Below are positions 40,401 to 47,538 of a stretch of 64,000 nucleotides of DNA, piece by piece (position 1 is the first letter of the stretch; the number at the start of each line of letters is the position of its first letter). This DNA comes from Candidatus Aenigmatarchaeota archaeon (lineage in GTDB: Archaea; Aenigmatarchaeota; Aenigmatarchaeia; CG10238-14; SCSR01): positions 1 to 64,000 of the forward strand of contig JAWADS010000001.1 of the NCBI GenBank assembly GCA_038998625.1, given 5' to 3'. The notes beneath the pieces are model-generated. The model worked only from the letters and a program-made list of their open reading frames with translations. It searched no databases and had not been told where the DNA came from. Made by a program: the position numbers and the translations under genes.

Positions 40401-41903
40401 AAAAACTTTCAAAATTATATAGATTCAAAGATTGGTAATAAAAATAATGAAATCCTTAAGGGAATACAAAAAATCATAGAACTTCACGGCACAGGTCCTA
40501 AAGGAAACTATGTAGACATAATCGATGGTACGGAATATGTGTGGTTTATGGAAGAAGGTAAGTTTGAAGTTAAGTATACAAATGAAGCCGGGAATAAAGT
40601 TACAATAACCTATAGAATAACTGATGCGGGTATTGTACCTACTGAATATAAGGAAGAAGGTAAAGTGGGCTTTGATGCTCTCGGTTGCTTAACACGTCCC
40701 TTAGGTTTAGGTGGGAATTGTTGTTTAAATCTAGCTGGGTGTGATGTAGGAATAATAGAAGAAAGGAAGATTAGTTTCTCTGATTTACAACATGAGGCTT
40801 TCAATAGGGCCGATGATTTAATTGTTGATAGAGTAGAAGGAGATTTAAATAGATTGACTGCCTTTACAAAACCCGATGAAATTCTTAATGAAGCTCAAAG
40901 AATAGCCGATAAACTAAATTCAGATCCAAATTTTGTTCAATATTATGGTAGGCCCATCACAGCTTCAGAAGTTATTGAACTTGCAAAACCAAAAATTAAA
41001 AAAGATGCTGAAACAGAATGCCTACAAGCATTTGCTGGAGATATTTATGGTTTCTCTTCACAAGAAGCTTATGATAAATGCGTTGAAGATACATATAAGA
41101 AAAAAGTTCAGGCATTCGAAGAAAGTCATAATCAGATAGGATTTAAAGATTGTTCACAAGCTGGTGGAACATGTATGCCACCTATACATGCTGTGGAACG
41201 TGGTTGCGAGAGGTTTTACTTTTATTGCGATAGTTCACGAATGTGTTGCAAATCCCAAGTAAGTACACCGCAAGAGCCTAAAGGTCAAGAGACAATCAAT
41301 ACTTACGAGGCATGTGAAGGCTTACGTAACCAGGGACTAGATTCAGGTTGCTATCTTGGCAAATGCGGTCAAGGTTACATTTCAGCAGGCTATTGCGATA
41401 AGGCAAATGACGTTTATTGTTGTGTTAAGGCAGAAGGGACTGGCCAAATCAACACTTACGAGGCATGTGAAGGCTTACGTAATCAAGGACTAGATTCAGG
41501 TTGCCATCTTGAAAAATGTATTCAAGGTTACACTTCAGTAGGTTATTGTGATCAGGCAAATAGCGTTCATTGTTGTGTTAAAACAGAAGATTGTACTTCA
41601 AAGGAATTGAAAAAAGAATGTATTAGTGATAAAAAACTAAGGATTACTGGTTATGTTTGTCCTTCTGGCTATGGTAGTGATATAAATTGTCTGAAATGTG
41701 TGGAGGGTTCTGCGGAGATAGAATGTAAAATGGGATGCAGCACCAAAACTAACAACTGTGTTGAAGAAAATTTTGTACCCATAGGAAATTATATTTGCCC
41801 AAAAGACGCTTGCAGTAAAAGCGGTGAATTTTGGACTTGTGATTTGGGTAGATGTGAGGCTCTACAAGGCAGCAGTGCACCTACTGCACCTACAAGTGAA
41901 TAA
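34497..41903 (+). CDS. Giant (2468 aa) exported mosaic protein with Cys-rich C-terminus
   Basis: Uninterrupted 7.4 kb ORF, N-terminal signal sequence, coiled coils, internal Gly/Ala hydrophobic hairpin, defensin-like six-Cys modules. Confidence 0.85.
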   Translation: MKKSISIFLIITYLLSIIKVPIAVTQSTDNFSDEDVKKILSKGAIFCVKDAVEVSKDVYKVVCLISPKNLTKVKFEFGPAFSFGRMEFLGYEATDKIEFVSKFKNFLEFEVFPTSRVGFTINIKANFRPNFKVTSTLPAYYFNDLKELFDAIDSIHSIEALEVLKSSCEVAFEKECVLEHFITNSSAPAKYINLTSDELSKLVALGEFSKKIDGADVKFVLSFENNEVKVYDKENYVGNFYLHSAFVPVKAPSLPETNLTSLETIKEVTLFFLNYELKINGTDVYITEYEDLDLLADEIFSGKLFPITGSFIATEIFNKIKEELLIKQSKQRDLAEKIHTFEKFATDYNVNIFKRIMIAILNEINNNIELGEIEEASQRITKLKNAVGEFSKNAVGEFKDYFQDLEKELTKIEETIKTDFKSALDYVRNLKEKITSETINDFLQVAKSKGVDISKKFTEKDGRRAPKVVNVVRTSVTELPPSIKDKITSPIFVPKGQPDLKDMKKFFKELAFRDYIDQGIYLFWGDYSKVPREYLQVYVSVAKEDYQKALKFIQFELKRNNIPHLMVKPELYDEVKNGKYVIILLRNNDDLRVVRTIEDILYNLNIRPGPKPLIKGISLDKYIISKYTFGAWENNFGGEKKIKPILAYNSDTGKLETISPETPLLPKVVTQSDLLNKNFKEGDVIAYFAPHGDARIYLMGEIKSFDASKKRVLVSNIFGSEFEIPINWVSNTPNIHIFYDKHKQIEIRQLSEKLWRNSLSKNLASKLSISDVELLLKNGFYLKGDLVYYLSEDKRIYSLPLDDFLKSPSIEDIFWDTYKNHLIVIPNSLSEKYPARLKGLAITKSVYNDITSWINNIQPGQQKGLVAFLTMNEKGVIDKVWLKGITDPVYEGVTLGSIQDFHKYILAKYLNPLEFGLHGKLLAYFVPEGFLPDLTLGQLLASFEYDKKDVFHLLLISRELGEVKFNFYRIDFSKLSKDDIQWLKYIANEYRRRTGTELALSTISEQLEAHPDLKAYFEKHSNFHKIGTQNIEMVHKIDETKAFKIALLNGEQAIGGLERSLKNLKKMIFFGNELDLQTGFTYRYSFRYASNIYTEIRRRVDLWDSILDNLLKSGEISQEIYNSYKNIINKVYEIGLTIEPGKPIKDTLKKIDEALKSIKNEKKTLFKLLSYQSKKLSIEPNTGFSEVAKNIEPTKLPENIEESIENSAIAKVAKEEAEKGIKEIPSQEEILQKIEREQERLISETPRTSFEPTAQKIGKVDELTSKIDNYILSSKIADSLTTENIRKLLDGKVVFVDDNYLLVLSPKGQLTLVHFPDKTFLYSSDGTKAVIKMRSTPYLTPDDLDELIKKNIPMVYPKYKLPDEVLVIGIVDGRPVEKLYDLREFKKFVENEGTPSAKISREFREKFNSYLDSIRGTEEEVVKALDKFFNMKGLPEKSDLTIAAGPAVKVKPKLLNIDEDYLQFRLGISIINAETAQNVLSPIYAIRDDLETNFKLMGIKTPDDIADGMTIKIKGRDYVLRKLPNNQISIELAVFREGDPSLLEFQKVGTFYLVDGEVKDAYSWNRAVASTFKDVKASQDLRDGRYILNTNNYKIEKMDYGSVVFENNRPAIFSIVGANRETMYVPISIDRSQFLQKTFSEIGTAGIGKEYAFGSDNGDVYRFTKRHWEPDLKWEMEVNGKPAGFLTDEGLKTKIRELVGSGYNPLIPAYRFSPIDVEKEIRGLSEPYYSKTFSNGQEAFRLRNVDGRIILETGGMQPRTITVEEARSLLATSKRVEILSTDGANLISQTSFWKQISRPVGILTKDFYPLVGPADFIAFGAIAAFSLYSITENREEMNRRIVYNTVENFAVEPLLVTTIARGLGLRAAFSGARAAVAGVGGAITLGILTAVVAAEMVAEDTIEEYLRGNRLNDMGIPIPNDLGSALGRVFGGYWDFLINSNSEQTLESSSMFNTVATSIYKDLSNQALKNFQNYIDSKIGNKNNEILKGIQKIIELHGTGPKGNYVDIIDGTEYVWFMEEGKFEVKYTNEAGNKVTITYRITDAGIVPTEYKEEGKVGFDALGCLTRPLGLGGNCCLNLAGCDVGIIEERKISFSDLQHEAFNRADDLIVDRVEGDLNRLTAFTKPDEILNEAQRIADKLNSDPNFVQYYGRPITASEVIELAKPKIKKDAETECLQAFAGDIYGFSSQEAYDKCVEDTYKKKVQAFEESHNQIGFKDCSQAGGTCMPPIHAVERGCERFYFYCDSSRMCCKSQVSTPQEPKGQETINTYEACEGLRNQGLDSGCYLGKCGQGYISAGYCDKANDVYCCVKAEGTGQINTYEACEGLRNQGLDSGCHLEKCIQGYTSVGYCDQANSVHCCVKTEDCTSKELKKECISDKKLRITGYVCPSGYGSDINCLKCVEGSAEIECKMGCSTKTNNCVEENFVPIGNYICPKDACSKSGEFWTCDLGRCEALQGSSAPTAPTSE
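35646..35690 (+). repeat. In-frame tandem duplication, 24-bp period
   Basis: aaaaatgcagttggggaattt at 35646 and 35670 (KNAVGEFS-KNAVGEFK). Confidence 0.9.
41295..41589 (+). repeat. 153-bp (51-aa) tandem duplication of a six-Cys module
   Basis: Copies start at 41295 and 41448 (INTYEACEGLRNQGLDSGC...CCVK.E), with high DNA identity. Confidence 0.95.
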
Positions 41904-41935
41904 AGCTGTTAAATCTTTAATTACTAATATTATTT

Positions 41936-42790
41936 ATGGAAAAAGGTCAAGCAGGTTTAATAATTATTGCCGTAGTTGTTGTATTGGCCATAATAATTTT
42001 TATGTTTTCTTCATCTGGCCCTACCACAACCTTTCCTACTGGTGGTATAGGTGGTAAAGGAAGTGCTTTGAATATAGAGCAATTAAGGTTTAAACCTGAA
42101 GTCTTTTCAGGAGAAAGTATTGTTATCGAAGTAAAAATAAAGAATAGGGGTATATATGATGCTAAAAATGTTGTATTAAATCTTTTAGGCCTAACCGATG
42201 AATGGAAAATAGATGGCGAACCATTAACATCAAATCATCCTAAAAGAACAGTGAGTTTTCCAACGCTTCTAGGAGATCCAAAGCTAAATGGTGAAGAACA
42301 AATAGCTATTTGGCAATTAACAGTTCCAAATAAAGTAACTACCCTTACATATCCATTCACCATAAAACTTAATTATGATTATAAAAGTAGATACGAGGCA
42401 TTGGTTAGAACAGTTTCCCCAACTTTTAGAGAAAAGGGAAGGCTTCTAGATCAAAAGATTACTCCTGGACCCATAGTGGTTAGTCTCAAATCAGATGAGT
42501 GGCGCGTCATCGGAACTTTTACAAGTGTTGAATTAACTATTACTAATTCTGGAGGCGGAGAGGTAGTGGACAGAGTTATTACTTTAAAAAACCTTAAAAA
42601 TATAGAATGTCCGCAAACTACATTAACTTTTAGCACAAAAGATTCACAAATAGAAAAAGAAATAACAACAACATGTAAAATTCTTACAGGTTCGGTCCAA
42701 GAATTTAATGATATTGAAGTAAGTTTTGATTTAGAATATAGATATTCAATAAAACAAGATAAAAGCATAAAAGTTAAACCTTTAGCTTAA
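41936..42790 (+). CDS. Pilin-like exported protein with Ig-like/CARDB domains
   Basis: MEKG|QAGLIII class III signal; VKIKNRG..DAKNV and LTITNSGGG strands. Confidence 0.7.
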   Translation: MEKGQAGLIIIAVVVVLAIIIFMFSSSGPTTTFPTGGIGGKGSALNIEQLRFKPEVFSGESIVIEVKIKNRGIYDAKNVVLNLLGLTDEWKIDGEPLTSNHPKRTVSFPTLLGDPKLNGEEQIAIWQLTVPNKVTTLTYPFTIKLNYDYKSRYEALVRTVSPTFREKGRLLDQKITPGPIVVSLKSDEWRVIGTFTSVELTITNSGGGEVVDRVITLKNLKNIECPQTTLTFSTKDSQIEKEITTTCKILTGSVQEFNDIEVSFDLEYRYSIKQDKSIKVKPLA

Positions 42791-42897
42791 GATACAAATC
42801 TTTTTAAATCTTACTAAACTATTTTACAATAATTCATCTATTCATCTTAAGCTACATCTATTCAAAACAATAAAAATAAGCAGGAGGTGTAACAAAA

Positions 42898-43179
42898 ATG
42901 GCAGAAATGCAACAAGACAATGTTATTCTAATCGGTAGAAAAAGCCCCATGAGTTATGTACTAGCTGTAATAACTCAATTCACTAATGGTGCTTCTGAAG
43001 TTTTAATAAAAGCTAGAGGGCGAGCCATATCAAGGGCTGTTGATGTAGCTGAGATTGTAAGAAGAAGATTCTTACAAGATGTAAAAGTTAGTGACATAAA
43101 AATTGATACAGAAGAAAGGGAAGTTCCTGATAGGGGGAAGCTAAACGTATCAACAATTACAATAAAGTTAAGTAAGTGA
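42898..43179 (+). CDS. albA: DNA/RNA-binding protein Alba
   Basis: [35 protein letters not shown] Shine-Dalgarno. Confidence 0.96.
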   Translation: MAEMQQDNVILIGRKSPMSYVLAVITQFTNGASEVLIKARGRAISRAVDVAEIVRRRFLQDVKVSDIKIDTEEREVPDRGKLNVSTITIKLSK

Positions 43180-43215
43180 TATTTTCTTCTTCCCCCTTTC
43201 TTTATTTTATTAGAG

Positions 43216-44760
43216 TTATCTATCTAAAATGAAAGTTTTTTTGTGGAGAGGCTCTTCTCTAACCACGTGAATTAATATTTCCCTTCTTTCCCCCACACCA
43301 AAGCAGTGCTCTTCCTCTAAAATTTTTCTTACTCTTTCCAATTTTCTACTTTTCTCTGAAAATACAGTAAAAATTATATCACCCTTTTTCACAAAATCAC
43401 CAACTTTTTTTCTTAATAAAATTCCAGATCCTTTATCTTTTGGTGCTCCTGCAGCTCTAGCAACTTCAACTAAAGCATTGTTATCTAACCAAAGGACAAA
43501 ACCATTTCTATCTGTTCTCATATCAAGCCCATAGCTACCTATTTCAATATCCTCAGGCCTTATGTGACTATCGCCACCTTGCCAAGAAATAATTTCCCTC
43601 AGCTTTTTTTCAGCCTCACCTGATTTTAAAATTTCTAGGGCAGTTCTTCTATCTCCTTTGTTAGTCATTTTTAACAAAATTCCAGCCAAATCAACAGCTT
43701 TATCAATTACATCAGGAACATTTTTTCTTCTCATTAAAATTTCCAATGCTTCTCTCGCTTCTAAAGCTGGCCCTATGGCATAGCCCAAAGGTTCTTCTCC
43801 ATATGTTACAGCACATTCTGTTTTTATTCCAAGTCTTTTCCCCAATTCAATAAAATCTTTAGCTAAAAGATTAGCATCTCCAATAGTTTTAACTTTCGAT
43901 CCCCTTCCAGTAGGTATATCTATAACTAAAAAATTTGATCCCACAGCCTTTTTTTTACTCATGATGGAAGGAAGCAAAAGTGGATCTATAGATAAAGGAT
44001 GTTCAATTTGAATGAAAATATCATCAGCAGGCGCCAAATGTAATGCGCCACCCCATACTATACAACCATTGCATTTATTAACAACATTTCTCATTTCTTC
44101 TATCTCCAATTCTACATTCATTAAAACACTAGCTCTATCTGCAGTTCCAGCCGCACTTGTTATGGCTCGAGAAGAAGTTTTTGGTATGGTTAAGCCAGCA
44201 GCAGCTATTATGGGAACAAGTAATAAGGTTGTCTTATCTCCTGGTAATCCTCCCACAGAATGTTTATCAACTATAGAATTTTTTGTTTCAAGTTCAAGTT
44301 TTTTTCCAGTTTCTATCATTGCCAAGGTTAAGTTAATGGTTTCGTCTAAACTCAAACCAAAATCATTCAAAGCAGTAACGAAGGATGCAATCTCTAACTC
44401 GCTTAAATTACCCTCCACAACATCTCTAACAATTTGAAATATTTCCTCTCGAGATAATGTTCTTCCTTTAAGTTTATTTTTTATGTATTGCAAAGATTTA
44501 GGGAATTTTGCTGGTTCAACTTCTACTTCTTCATTTTCTCTTACTTCTAGAACACTTTGAACTTCTTCATAAATTCCAATAAAATTTTTTGGAACAACTC
44601 TTTTAGCAATATTTACTATTGCCGTAATGGTTTTTTTCTTAGTTTGTATTTTTATTCTACTCCCACTTCTTATTCCTAATTCTTCTGCATCTTCAAAGTT
44701 AATGATTGCGATAGGTTTGCCCCCAGACTCTAAGCCGAGAATTTTTATTTTTAGCTTCAT
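43216..44760 (-). CDS. AMP phosphorylase
   Basis: DKHSVGGLPG.KTT, IPKTSSRAITSAAGTAD, GAPKDKG; archaeal N-terminal domain. Confidence 0.93.
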   Translation of the reverse strand: MKLKIKILGLESGGKPIAIINFEDAEELGIRSGSRIKIQTKKKTITAIVNIAKRVVPKNFIGIYEEVQSVLEVRENEEVEVEPAKFPKSLQYIKNKLKGRTLSREEIFQIVRDVVEGNLSELEIASFVTALNDFGLSLDETINLTLAMIETGKKLELETKNSIVDKHSVGGLPGDKTTLLLVPIIAAAGLTIPKTSSRAITSAAGTADRASVLMNVELEIEEMRNVVNKCNGCIVWGGALHLAPADDIFIQIEHPLSIDPLLLPSIMSKKKAVGSNFLVIDIPTGRGSKVKTIGDANLLAKDFIELGKRLGIKTECAVTYGEEPLGYAIGPALEAREALEILMRRKNVPDVIDKAVDLAGILLKMTNKGDRRTALEILKSGEAEKKLREIISWQGGDSHIRPEDIEIGSYGLDMRTDRNGFVLWLDNNALVEVARAAGAPKDKGSGILLRKKVGDFVKKGDIIFTVFSEKSRKLERVRKILEEEHCFGVGERREILIHVVREEPLHKKTFILDR

Positions 44761-44763
44761 CCT

Positions 44764-45039
44764 TCATCTCACCACACAAGATTTCTTTATATCATCATAA
44801 CTACACTGCATATTCGGTTTTGGAGATAAAACTTGAGGACAAACAACAAAAACTTTATCGCAATCCATTTTTTGCGAATAATTTCTTAAATCAACACACT
44901 CCCAATAAGCTCCTGCCGTTTCTGGGCAACAGTTTGTTATAACCCATTCACATCTTGGCATTTCTTTAAGACCTTTCAAATACATATTTATTAAAATTCC
45001 TATAACAGCTAAAATAAAAATTATTGTTATAAACTTCAT
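44764..45039 (-). CDS. Small membrane-anchored eight-cysteine protein
   Basis: N-terminal TM; eight Cys including CCP..G..WEC. Confidence 0.65.
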   Translation of the reverse strand: MKFITIIFILAVIGILINMYLKGLKEMPRCEWVITNCCPETAGAYWECVDLRNYSQKMDCDKVFVVCPQVLSPKPNMQCSYDDIKKSCVVR

Positions 45040-45887
45040 CCCTCTCCCTTAATCATTTTAATAATTTGTTCTGGTGTTTTAATTCCTTCGTCTGTTATTA
45101 TTCTTGTTACAAACTTCCAAGGCACAATATCAAAAGCAGGATTTCTAATTTTAACTCCAGTTAATTTTCCAGGATGCAAAAGTCTATGATAAACTTCTTC
45201 TGGTGGCCTTTCTTCTATTACTAGTTTTTCCCTTCTGTCAAGCTTTAATTTATTTCCCACCACATAAAATTTTTTTCCAAAATTTTTAGCAGCTAGAGCT
45301 AAATTTAGCGTCCCAATCTTATTCACAAAACCTTCTTTCCTCATAGCATCTGTGCCCACAATAACCATGTCAACTTCTTTCATGAAAAAACCTACTGCAT
45401 TATCTGTTATCAAAGTTATAGGAATTTTTTCCCTTGCCATTTCTTTTACTGTTTTAATACCTTGTTGTAAAGGTTCTGTTTCTGTTGCTATGACTGAAAT
45501 TTTTTTCCCTATTTTGTTGGCGTATTTTATTACCGCTAAAGCTTCCCCCGAATGGCAATGGGTCATGATTTTTGCTTCCCTTGGAATTACTTTTTGACCA
45601 ATTTTTTCAATTTTTTTTGTTGAATTTTCCAGTTGTTTTATTAGTTTGTCTATTGTTGACATTTTTTTATTTTTTTTAATAATTTCCAGGCAGTTGTGCA
45701 AAACTACAGCCGTTGGGCGGGCCCTTTCTAAAATCATAGCTGCAACTTCAAACTTTAATCCAAATCCATTTTTCTTACAGAAATCTTTCAAAAATTTTAA
45801 TGAATATAAAGCAATTTCCCTAGCCCCTTGAATTTTTAATTTTTTCAAATTTTTCTCTACTGTTTCTAAATTTTTCATATATTCCAA
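45036..45887 (-). CDS. Ribose-1,5-bisphosphate isomerase (eIF-2B family)
   Basis: IQGA, ARPTAV, THCHS, VGTDA, NKIGT, NPAFD; in an operon with AMP phosphorylase. Confidence 0.85.
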   Translation of the reverse strand: MEYMKNLETVEKNLKKLKIQGAREIALYSLKFLKDFCKKNGFGLKFEVAAMILERARPTAVVLHNCLEIIKKNKKMSTIDKLIKQLENSTKKIEKIGQKVIPREAKIMTHCHSGEALAVIKYANKIGKKISVIATETEPLQQGIKTVKEMAREKIPITLITDNAVGFFMKEVDMVIVGTDAMRKEGFVNKIGTLNLALAAKNFGKKFYVVGNKLKLDRREKLVIEERPPEEVYHRLLHPGKLTGVKIRNPAFDIVPWKFVTRIITDEGIKTPEQIIKMIKGEG

Positions 45888-45917
45888 TTATTTTTACAGA
45901 AAATTAAACATAAGCCA

Positions 45918-46550
45918 TTATTTCAAATATTTCAAGAACCAATCCTTTGCTAACTTTGCTACTTCTTCCAAGGCTCCAGGCTCTTCAAATAAATGAGTGG
46001 CTTTTGGTACTATAACTAATTTCTTTTCAGCTTTAATTTTATCATAAGCTTCTTTATTGAGTTCTATAACCGCCTCATCATATTCACCCACAATTAAAAG
46101 GACGGGCGCTTTAACCTTTGGTAAATAGTTTTTTGCAAGATCTGGTCTACCACCACGCGAAACTATTGCAAAAACAGAAGGAATTTTTGTAGAAGCTTGT
46201 AATGCAGCAGCCGCCCCAGTACTAGCGCCAAAATAACCAATTCTTAAGTTTTTAGTTTCTGGATTTGTTAGAACCCATTTAGTAGCAGCAATAAGACGCT
46301 CAGCTAATAAATCTATATTAAATCTATTTTCGTATAAAGCATCTTCCTCTTTCGTTAGCAAATCAAAAAGAAGAGTTCCAATATCGGCTTCTTGTAAAAC
46401 TCTTGCTACAAAAGTGTTTCTTGGGCTGAACCTATCACTTCCACTTCCATGGGCAAATAGCACTATACTTTTTGCTTTTGCTGGTAAATTTAATATACCT
46501 TCCAGCTTAATATCGTCAGTGAAAATTTTTATTGTTTTATCAATTCCCAT
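45918..46550 (-). CDS. Dienelactone hydrolase-like alpha/beta hydrolase
   Basis: FAHGSGS, GYFGASTG, SRGGRPD, HLFEE. Confidence 0.88.
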   Translation of the reverse strand: MGIDKTIKIFTDDIKLEGILNLPAKAKSIVLFAHGSGSDRFSPRNTFVARVLQEADIGTLLFDLLTKEEDALYENRFNIDLLAERLIAATKWVLTNPETKNLRIGYFGASTGAAAALQASTKIPSVFAIVSRGGRPDLAKNYLPKVKAPVLLIVGEYDEAVIELNKEAYDKIKAEKKLVIVPKATHLFEEPGALEEVAKLAKDWFLKYLK

Positions 46551-47175
46551 AATATTTTTTAAGTATATTAATTACTTCTTCATCTTCAACCTGTCTGAAA
46601 TCGACATAAAACTCTCCTATAGCCCCCATAAAGATTGGTTTTTCAACAACAATAACTTCATCAACAATTTTTTCTAATTCGTTAACTGTATCTCTGGGAG
46701 CTACAGGAACTGCAACAATTATCTTTTTTGGATTTTGTTTTTTTAGAAATTGGATTGCTGCTTTCATTGTAGCTCCTGTTGCAATACCATCATCAACTAA
46801 TATCAAAGTTTTATTTTTAAAAGAAGGATATTTTTTTCTTTTTCTATATTTTTTTAATCTCCTTTCAATTTCTTGCAATTCTTTTTTCATTTCTTTTTTT
46901 ATGTAATTTTCGCTTACTCCTAAATCTTTAACTAAATTCTCATCTATATACAAACTACCATCCTGAGCAACAGCTCCTATAGCCAGTTCAGGGTTACCAG
47001 GAGCACCAATTTTCCTTGGAACTATTATATCTAAATTTGCATTAAGATTTTTAGCAATTTCATCAGCAACAACAACTCCTCCTCTAGGAATAGCTAATAT
47101 AATTGGGTTTTCATTCTTGAATTTTGTTAAGATTTCTGCTAGCCTTTTACCAGCTTCTGTTCTATCTCTAAACAT
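46540..47175 (-). CDS. Type I phosphoribosyltransferase
   Basis: MFRDR.EAG, AIPRGGV, LVDDGIATG PRPP loop. Confidence 0.9.
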   Translation of the reverse strand: MFRDRTEAGKRLAEILTKFKNENPIILAIPRGGVVVADEIAKNLNANLDIIVPRKIGAPGNPELAIGAVAQDGSLYIDENLVKDLGVSENYIKKEMKKELQEIERRLKKYRKRKKYPSFKNKTLILVDDGIATGATMKAAIQFLKKQNPKKIIVAVPVAPRDTVNELEKIVDEVIVVEKPIFMGAIGEFYVDFRQVEDEEVINILKKYYGN

Positions 47176-47235
47176 TCTAATTAGAAGTTAAAATTAACTA
47201 TTTAAATCAAAATCTTTTCTGAAATTTCAAATTAA

Positions 47236-47355
47236 TGGGGTCGGAGGGATTCGAACCCTCGTTAACCGGTTGCTTCTTACTTCTCATAGCTCCATATACT
47301 GGAGCCGGTTTTCTAATCATGGAAGATGTCTTAGACCTAGCTAGACCACGACCCC
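47236..47355 (-). tRNA. tRNA-Trp(CCA) with two introns (about 25/26 at 47311-47327; 37/38 at 47271-47298)
   Basis: Acceptor GGGGTCG/CGACCCC, D stem GTCT/AGAC, anticodon stem ACCGG/CCGGT with CT-CCA-GA, T arm GAGGG-TTCGAAT-CCCTC; 75 nt after removing 17+28 nt. Confidence 0.88.
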
Positions 47356-47456
47356 AGCCACCAGTGGGATTCGAACCCACAACCCCCTGATAACTTTCTG
47401 TCATTTTTCCAGTTATCAGGTACAAGTCAGGTGCTCTACCGTTGAGCTATGGTGGC
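47356..47456 (-). tRNA. tRNA-Thr(TGT) with 29-nt intron at 37/38 (47392-47420)
   Basis: Acceptor GCCACCA/TGGTGGC, discriminator T, D stem GCTC/GAGC, anticodon stem CCTGA/TCAGG with CT-TGT-AA, T arm GTGGG-TTCGAAT-CCCAC. Confidence 0.92.
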
Positions 47457-47538
47457 ATAAAATAAATATATTTTTTCAAATATAGAAAATTTATAAAATA
47501 AAAGTTTTTTGTTTTATGAATTTTTTAGGTAAAATAAT

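Noticed and set aside
41295..41589. Possible diversity-generating retroelement TR/VR pair
   Set aside because: The differences are not confined to adenines, both copies are tandem and in frame, and no reverse transcriptase is in the window.
47236..47355. tRNA-Pro identity suggested by the GGGG start
   Set aside because: After intron removal the anticodon loop is CT-CCA-GA, which is Trp.
47207..47425. 72-aa ORF
   Set aside because: It lies over the tRNA-Thr and tRNA-Trp genes.
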